A DNA stretch of 63,950 nt, counting the filler, from Bacteriovoracaceae bacterium (GTDB lineage: Bacteria > Bdellovibrionota > Bacteriovoracia > Bacteriovoracales > Bacteriovoracaceae), in the NCBI GenBank assembly GCA_018649885.1. It is 5 parts of 5 records of this genome, joined end to end, with 100 filler letters (N's around TTAATTAATTAA, not from the genome) between each part and the next. Parts side by side here need not be neighbours in the genome. Positions count along the whole stretch, not along the records: positions 48,206 to 61,512 come from JABIHA010000002.1; positions 61,613 to 63,950 come from JABIHA010000125.1; 3 more parts are not named here. One strand, written 5' to 3'. Made by a program: the position numbers and the translations under genes. The number at the start of each line of letters is the position of its first letter. Within the stretch, counting starts at the first letter, position 1. Below the pieces are notes generated by a model. The model searched no databases. It had not been told where the DNA came from and saw only the letters and a list, made by a program, of their open reading frames with translations. Of this stretch, positions 60,401 to 63,950 are shown piece by piece.

Positions 60401-60753
60401 GAAATTAAGTTAAATAAGTCTTCAGTAATATTTAGGGTGAACCAAAGAAATGAGATCCAGAAAAAAATGGAGCTTTTTGAAGGTACAGCAATGTATTTAA
60501 CAAATAATTTTATATAAAATCTGCTATCTACTTTGAAATTACTCCTTTGGTATATACTTTTTTTACACGAGATTAAAGAAAGAGTTAACAGTGAGAAGGT
60601 TAAAATATATAAATAGGATTCACTTAAAAACCAAAGTGAATTAAGGATGATTTTGCAAAGTTGCGACCCCTCAAGACAACTGGGGTTTTGACAGCACTGG
60701 TTTAAAGAACTGTCGTAATGTTTGCAGAAAAAGAAATATATTTGTTCAATCAT
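57433..60753 (-). CDS. Large hypothetical protein with N-terminal TM helices
   Basis: 1106-aa ORF; hydrophobic first ~220 aa, then a long soluble region. Confidence 0.8.
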   Translation of the reverse strand: MIEQIYFFFCKHYDSSLNQCCQNPSCLEGSQLCKIILNSLWFLSESYLYILTFSLLTLSLISCKKSIYQRSNFKVDSRFYIKLFVKYIAVPSKSSIFFWISFLWFTLNITEDLFNLISLSFAIDFRTQKNLELIVTSTGIIFPLLILIIDTKSSNEKGLFSNSEVLLRHAFAYPISISLIFFLIYNITGVPTNMLALLALLSLTLTAFILFKVLEVFFKPEIWKRSEQILVKHKIYSSIFEIINSRVNHKQSYEKFSSFAPVFEVGYHGEKPKNYDVVSKRTGIIESINWITIKSIYNEFLISETESDGNQHNPPEGTTERKKQNIIIRVYSFPGQELDETNNILARIYFEGNIDENKISNLSKRIIQCFNIISNTESKEATDQISQFLEFSMFTGRYAINEKNTYLVKNLTSIYYYIAKTTIECFNYFEVKYYDRKSINNENWNIFSRQQGWVSLEGLIENINDLITYIFENKSYEDYRLSKEVTILPYRLALLAYNKKDLLLFSKSTNLIILLKTLQVRNNRDKTLSNFDSLLKHYIIPDLEHFLSSPDELAERKQYFNIVLQGIAAIACFSLEEDDEQLFQYIIDTFREVKAFKHQFLREEIKTQKILIQHHGDNESLVKELAKLQSKVDIKDYIKISKYEISISLLAYIILLGHDDARIDFKGESKQSLLGHFSLLFNYLNFDLKEALNFLIRSNKREITDKWGLGFIEKMPENHAKTMVLPSIIDKVVGSIIINCWINEGSPETIDSSEYTKNDVIVFNKEIGFRKDLTSSNDLLNDLGLQSLTNETKILFESFLDKVINEADLRTSLKMCKTPLSPDLIKEDFLKFETAFNENLRIRPLLTTSIVDENKNIGKDWGINTNIPRDSYLEGESYPAGSDSFATDMANNDDEFVYTLLEGVSISINELDNQEQVTMSEVSIEDAIKKVIEKGNKLENLIIVTPRDLYTRNLLSKSENFKFSYQESVKDEIFSKADGFIVVGEVQVPVYQVFLRNKKLEKNIMILDRTRLSLSFEPKPFGLSNRIGNTGVFIEIKDPLTDNELAEKILSQNPKWLLEYPEENRRDLTSKNLWYRAFQKGFIDAEKYSVVAIPITPDDDESEADT

Positions 60754-60807
60754 TAAAACTCTAAGTCCAAGGGAGAGTTCGTTTCTAAACTCTTCATTAT
60801 TTCCTTC

Positions 60808-61512
60808 TTAGGCAGCATCTTCTAATTTATGCTTTTCTTTTATAAGTTCATTCCAGTGTTCCCAAATCATTACCATTGCAAAAGTATCTAGTTCACAATA
60901 GCGAAGAAGTGCAGTTTCGACTTTCTTCCTTTCTTGTTCAGACATATGTGTAAACTGCATCATTGCATAGGCCATTAAGGCAGCTCCACCATTATTGATG
61001 TCAGAGTCACTCATCACTAACTCAAGCTCGTCATAGTCATATTTATTAAAAATTGGAGGTAGAGTATTGTATGGATTAATTACTACTCCATCTTTATCCA
61101 CTTTAATCCATTGATGATCTTTGAAACCAAAGCTTTTAATTTCATTTCCATAGATTGGTTTGGAATACTTTTCTTTTAGGAAATCAGATTCATTTAAAAT
61201 AGCAGGGAGTATATACTTAATAGAGTTTGAGCCTTTTGTGAAAGGAGAGTAGTAATACTTTTTAACCATTTCACAGAGATCTACCATGCTGCGCTCACCA
61301 CTCCAAAGAAACTCTTTGTCGTTTTTCTTTGTGCTTGGATTTTTCTTATTCGTGATTGTCTTTACAAATTCTGTAAGATCTTCAATATCTGGTTCATCTG
61401 TTTCTTTAAGTTGCTCCATTATTTGACATAGGACTGTATTCTCATGATGGGAGTATCTGAATATCGTGCCATCATTTGTTTCTAATGCTTTTTTTAGTGC
61501 TCTTAAAAAATC
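60808..61512 (-). CDS. DUF2779-type RNase H-fold nuclease protein, C-terminal part (5' cut by contig end)
   Basis: Frame open from the linker: IFRYSHHENTVL, SNSIKYILPA and YCELDTFAMV motifs. Confidence 0.8.
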   Translation of the reverse strand, partial: DFLRALKKALETNDGTIFRYSHHENTVLCQIMEQLKETDEPDIEDLTEFVKTITNKKNPSTKKNDKEFLWSGERSMVDLCEMVKKYYYSPFTKGSNSIKYILPAILNESDFLKEKYSKPIYGNEIKSFGFKDHQWIKVDKDGVVINPYNTLPPIFNKYDYDELELVMSDSDINNGGAALMAYAMMQFTHMSEQERKKVETALLRYCELDTFAMVMIWEHWNELIKEKHKLEDAA

Positions 61513-61612
61513 NNNNNNNNNNNNNNNNNNNNNNNNNNNNNNNNNNNNNNNNNNNNTTAATTAATTAANNNNNNNNNNNNNNNNNNNNNNNNNNNNNNNN
61601 NNNNNNNNNNNN
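61513..61612. other. Artificial contig linker
   Basis: N-run with TTAATTAATTAA. Confidence 0.98.
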
Positions 61613-61987
61613 AAGGTTGTGCTCAATTTCAAGGGTGTGATTTCCGGGAGAAATAACGGATTTGGTGGTCTTGAAAGAAGTTTTCCATGTAGGGGCCTTG
61701 ATAGCTTGAATATCAACTTCTACTCCATCGATTTTTGCCTTAACAACAGAGGATACTAAATCAAATATAGGAGTCCCGGTATCAAAGCTTGTAAATTCAA
61801 TCACAGACTTGGCGTAAGCCTTCTTGGATGCTTTATTGATCGTAATATTGTAGGTGGCCTTTTTGAAATCTACAAAAACAGCATTTTTCCCTCGAACACC
61901 TTTGCCGATTGAGGGTGGAGCTGAATCGATGTCTGCAGCATGCGCAGATCCTAAAACTAAGAAAGTAAGAAGTATTTTACTAAGCAT
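61613..61987 (-). CDS. Secreted hypothetical protein, N-terminal part (cut by contig end)
   Basis: Signal peptide; TAATG coupling to the upstream subtilase. Confidence 0.7.
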
Positions 61988-63582
61988 TATTTCCCCCAGG
62001 AAAAGTTTGAAATTTTAAATCCATATTCTGTTTGTGAGCTATCGGAGTCGATTTGAAGGGTCACTTTATCACCAGGAATGGTGAGTGAGCGACCATCTTT
62101 AAAGGGACCATTTAGTTTGTGAACTACAAGGCCTTTTGAATTGATGATCTCTAGGAAGTCGTATCCACTTTCCATATGTAATTTATCAAAATTGAGTTTG
62201 ATATACCGTGCCCCTGACTTTTCGATAACATAACTAGCACGGGAATTATTTAGGTAGGGGTGGTCACTTTGTTTGTCGATGGCCTTGTCTTTCCATTTTT
62301 TTTCTGGCAATGGATAGAGGTTTTTAATATTTTTTTCTTTTACACTATTGTATGCATTAACTCTTCCCAGATTGTAGTTTTTTCCAAATAGAAGATCTAG
62401 CTTATCACTACCGTTTTGAACTTTTTGGATCACCTCTCTATAAGTTTGTGAGGGGTCTTTTGACCATACAAGCCCCAAAACTCCTGCCACAAGGGGAGTG
62501 CTCATTGAGGTGCCGCTTAAGGATTTGAGTTTACCATGAAGATGAGTACTGAGAATTTGATCTCCCGGAGCCGAGAGATCAACGCTTAAGGCCCCAAAAT
62601 TTGAAAAACTTGAATGAGTGTCTTTGGCATCTGTTGAGCCTACGCTAATCATATTAGACAAGTCGAAATTGGCGGGGTATTCGCCTCTGGTGTCATTATT
62701 ATTTTTATGATTCCCAGCTGCCGAAACGGCGATAACTCCAAGCTTTTCAGCTGCTTTGAAGGCCAGTCTTAGAGACTTATTAGGGTTAGGTGAGCCGTAT
62801 GAGTTATTTAAAATCACTGCACCATTTCTAACGGCGTAAAGTACCGCTTTGATGGCAGTAGAGAGCTTACCTTGCCCGTATTGGTTAAATATTTTTAGAG
62901 ACATTAGTTTTACTTTGGGCATGACCCCAAAGACATCACTCGTGTCAGTGGGGTAGGCCCCTATAAGACCTGCACAGTGAGTGCCATGGCCGTTGTCATC
63001 TTCGGAAGATGATTGATCGTTGTAAAAGTCATATCCATGAACATCATCAATGAACCCATTTTTGTCATCATCAATTCCATTTCCGGCAATCTCACCTAAA
63101 TTTGTCCACATTCTATCTTTTAAATTGGGATGGGTTGATTCGATGCCTGTATCAATGACTGCAACAATAATTTCTTTAGGATCTTTAAGCGCCTTGTGGG
63201 CCTTTTGGGTTTCTAGAATTAGGTGGTGATATGGCTCACTTAGTGCGAGGGCCGGACTTTTTTTTTGAGTGGACTCTATGACAGGAGGAATTTGTATTTG
63301 ATAGTCGGGCTCAATCCAATCAATGCCATTTCTGGTATTGAGACTACTGAGGGCCTGTTGTGAAAGCTCAAGTGGAGCTGTGTAGACATAGATTTCTTTA
63401 TTAGGCCCTATGTGCTCTTTTAGTTTGAGACCGAAATCTACAAGTTCTAATTTATTTTTACTGGCATCAGGATGGACTTTAAACTTAATGAGGTACTGGA
63501 ACATTGTGTCTTTTGAAAATGAAGCAGTAGCTGAGAACGCAGATACAATTACGCACACGAGTAAGGTCACAATTGATTTCAT
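61987..63582 (-). CDS. Subtilisin-like S8 serine protease with a C-terminal CUB-like domain
   Basis: VIDTG, HGTHCAG and SGTSMS triad; HPYLNN...ESGYDFL CUB-like tail. Confidence 0.93.
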   Translation of the reverse strand: MKSIVTLLVCVIVSAFSATASFSKDTMFQYLIKFKVHPDASKNKLELVDFGLKLKEHIGPNKEIYVYTAPLELSQQALSSLNTRNGIDWIEPDYQIQIPPVIESTQKKSPALALSEPYHHLILETQKAHKALKDPKEIIVAVIDTGIESTHPNLKDRMWTNLGEIAGNGIDDDKNGFIDDVHGYDFYNDQSSSEDDNGHGTHCAGLIGAYPTDTSDVFGVMPKVKLMSLKIFNQYGQGKLSTAIKAVLYAVRNGAVILNNSYGSPNPNKSLRLAFKAAEKLGVIAVSAAGNHKNNNDTRGEYPANFDLSNMISVGSTDAKDTHSSFSNFGALSVDLSAPGDQILSTHLHGKLKSLSGTSMSTPLVAGVLGLVWSKDPSQTYREVIQKVQNGSDKLDLLFGKNYNLGRVNAYNSVKEKNIKNLYPLPEKKWKDKAIDKQSDHPYLNNSRASYVIEKSGARYIKLNFDKLHMESGYDFLEIINSKGLVVHKLNGPFKDGRSLTIPGDKVTLQIDSDSSQTEYGFKISNFSWGK

Positions 63583-63717
63583 CCTAAAATCCTATTGAAA
63601 ATTTGAACTGAATTTATTTTAAAGGCTAGATGGAGAATTCCCAAATGCGGCAATACTTTGTAAGAATAACGGATTTGGTTTGTATTGAAACGCTGTGTTG
63701 CTTGCCATATATTTGGA

Positions 63718-63762
63718 CCAAAAAAAAAGAGTTGAAAAGAAATTTTCCAACTCTTTTTTTGG
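63718..63762 (-). terminator. Rho-independent terminator
   Basis: CCAAAAAAAAAGAGTTG...CAACTCTTTTTTTGG hairpin downstream of the gene ending at 63777. Confidence 0.75.
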
Positions 63763-63776
63763 TTGATGAAAACTAC

Positions 63777-63950
63777 TTATTTTGTAAAATCGTCTGCTGC
63801 TTTTAGCGCCTTGTTTAGATTCAGCATTCCAGCAGCTCCAACTTTGCCTTTAAAACGAGCTGACTTGGTCACTGAGTCCATCATGATCTTTTTTAGCTCA
63901 AGTGCTTTTAACTCAGGGTACTGAGATAGAATCTCTGCAGCTACTCCGGC
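63777..63950 (-). CDS. C-terminal end of a second S8 subtilase (runs off window)
   Basis: AGVAAEILSQYPELKALELKKIMMDS...GMLNLNKAL is typical of the segment after the catalytic Ser. Confidence 0.75.
   Translation of the reverse strand, partial: AGVAAEILSQYPELKALELKKIMMDSVTKSARFKGKVGAAGMLNLNKALKAADDFTK

Larger units (their letters stand above)
54108..61512. mobile_element. Putative tRNA-Ala-anchored genomic island (partial)
   Basis: AT-richer DNA directly after the tRNA, short direct repeats, HTH genes and orphan ORFs. No integrase is visible in the window. Confidence 0.55.

Noticed and set aside
61565..61612. Apparent stop of the 140-aa ORF
   Set aside because: The stop lies inside the linker; the gene is simply truncated by the contig end.
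1937..63598. Numerous 60-160-aa ORFs antisense to or out of frame within long genes
   Set aside because: Shadow ORFs of well-supported genes, lacking RBS or motifs.

Overview
This window is not one continuous locus. It is five contig pieces joined by artificial 100-bp N/TTAATTAATTAA/N linkers (10214-10313, 18148-18247, 48106-48205, 61513-61612). The DNA is AT-rich and bacterial; the gene families suggest a Bdellovibrionota (Bacteriovorax/Halobacteriovorax-like) genome, which is inference only. Piece 1 is an accessory region bounded by two IS4-family left ends, one with its transposase interrupted by an IS3 element. Both ends abut the same 11-bp core of a palindromic intergenic repeat family. 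It carries LRR, caspase-fold, HExxH and UPF0182 genes. Piece 2 has a translationally coupled MerR-family regulator-arsD-arsA operon behind a Tn21-like mer operator/promoter, and an HNH endonuclease gene bracketed by ~180-bp imperfect inverted repeats. Piece 3 is mostly ordinary chromosome: JmjC, CBS, thioesterase, a signal-peptide ABC1 kinase, ABC-F/arfB, a P-type ATPase, NAD-linked formate dehydrogenase and two DEAD-box helicases, one fused to a Jag/KhpB-like module. Piece 4 has a MITE-like hairpin, an MMPL/LolA-like transport operon and tRNA-Ala(GGC) followed by an AT-rich island. Piece 5 has subtilases. The best candidates for undescribed biology are the MerR-controlled arsDA operon, the inverted-repeat-flanked HNH element, the repeat-targeting IS4 and the exported ABC1 kinase. 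All family assignments come from motif recognition by eye, not from searches.
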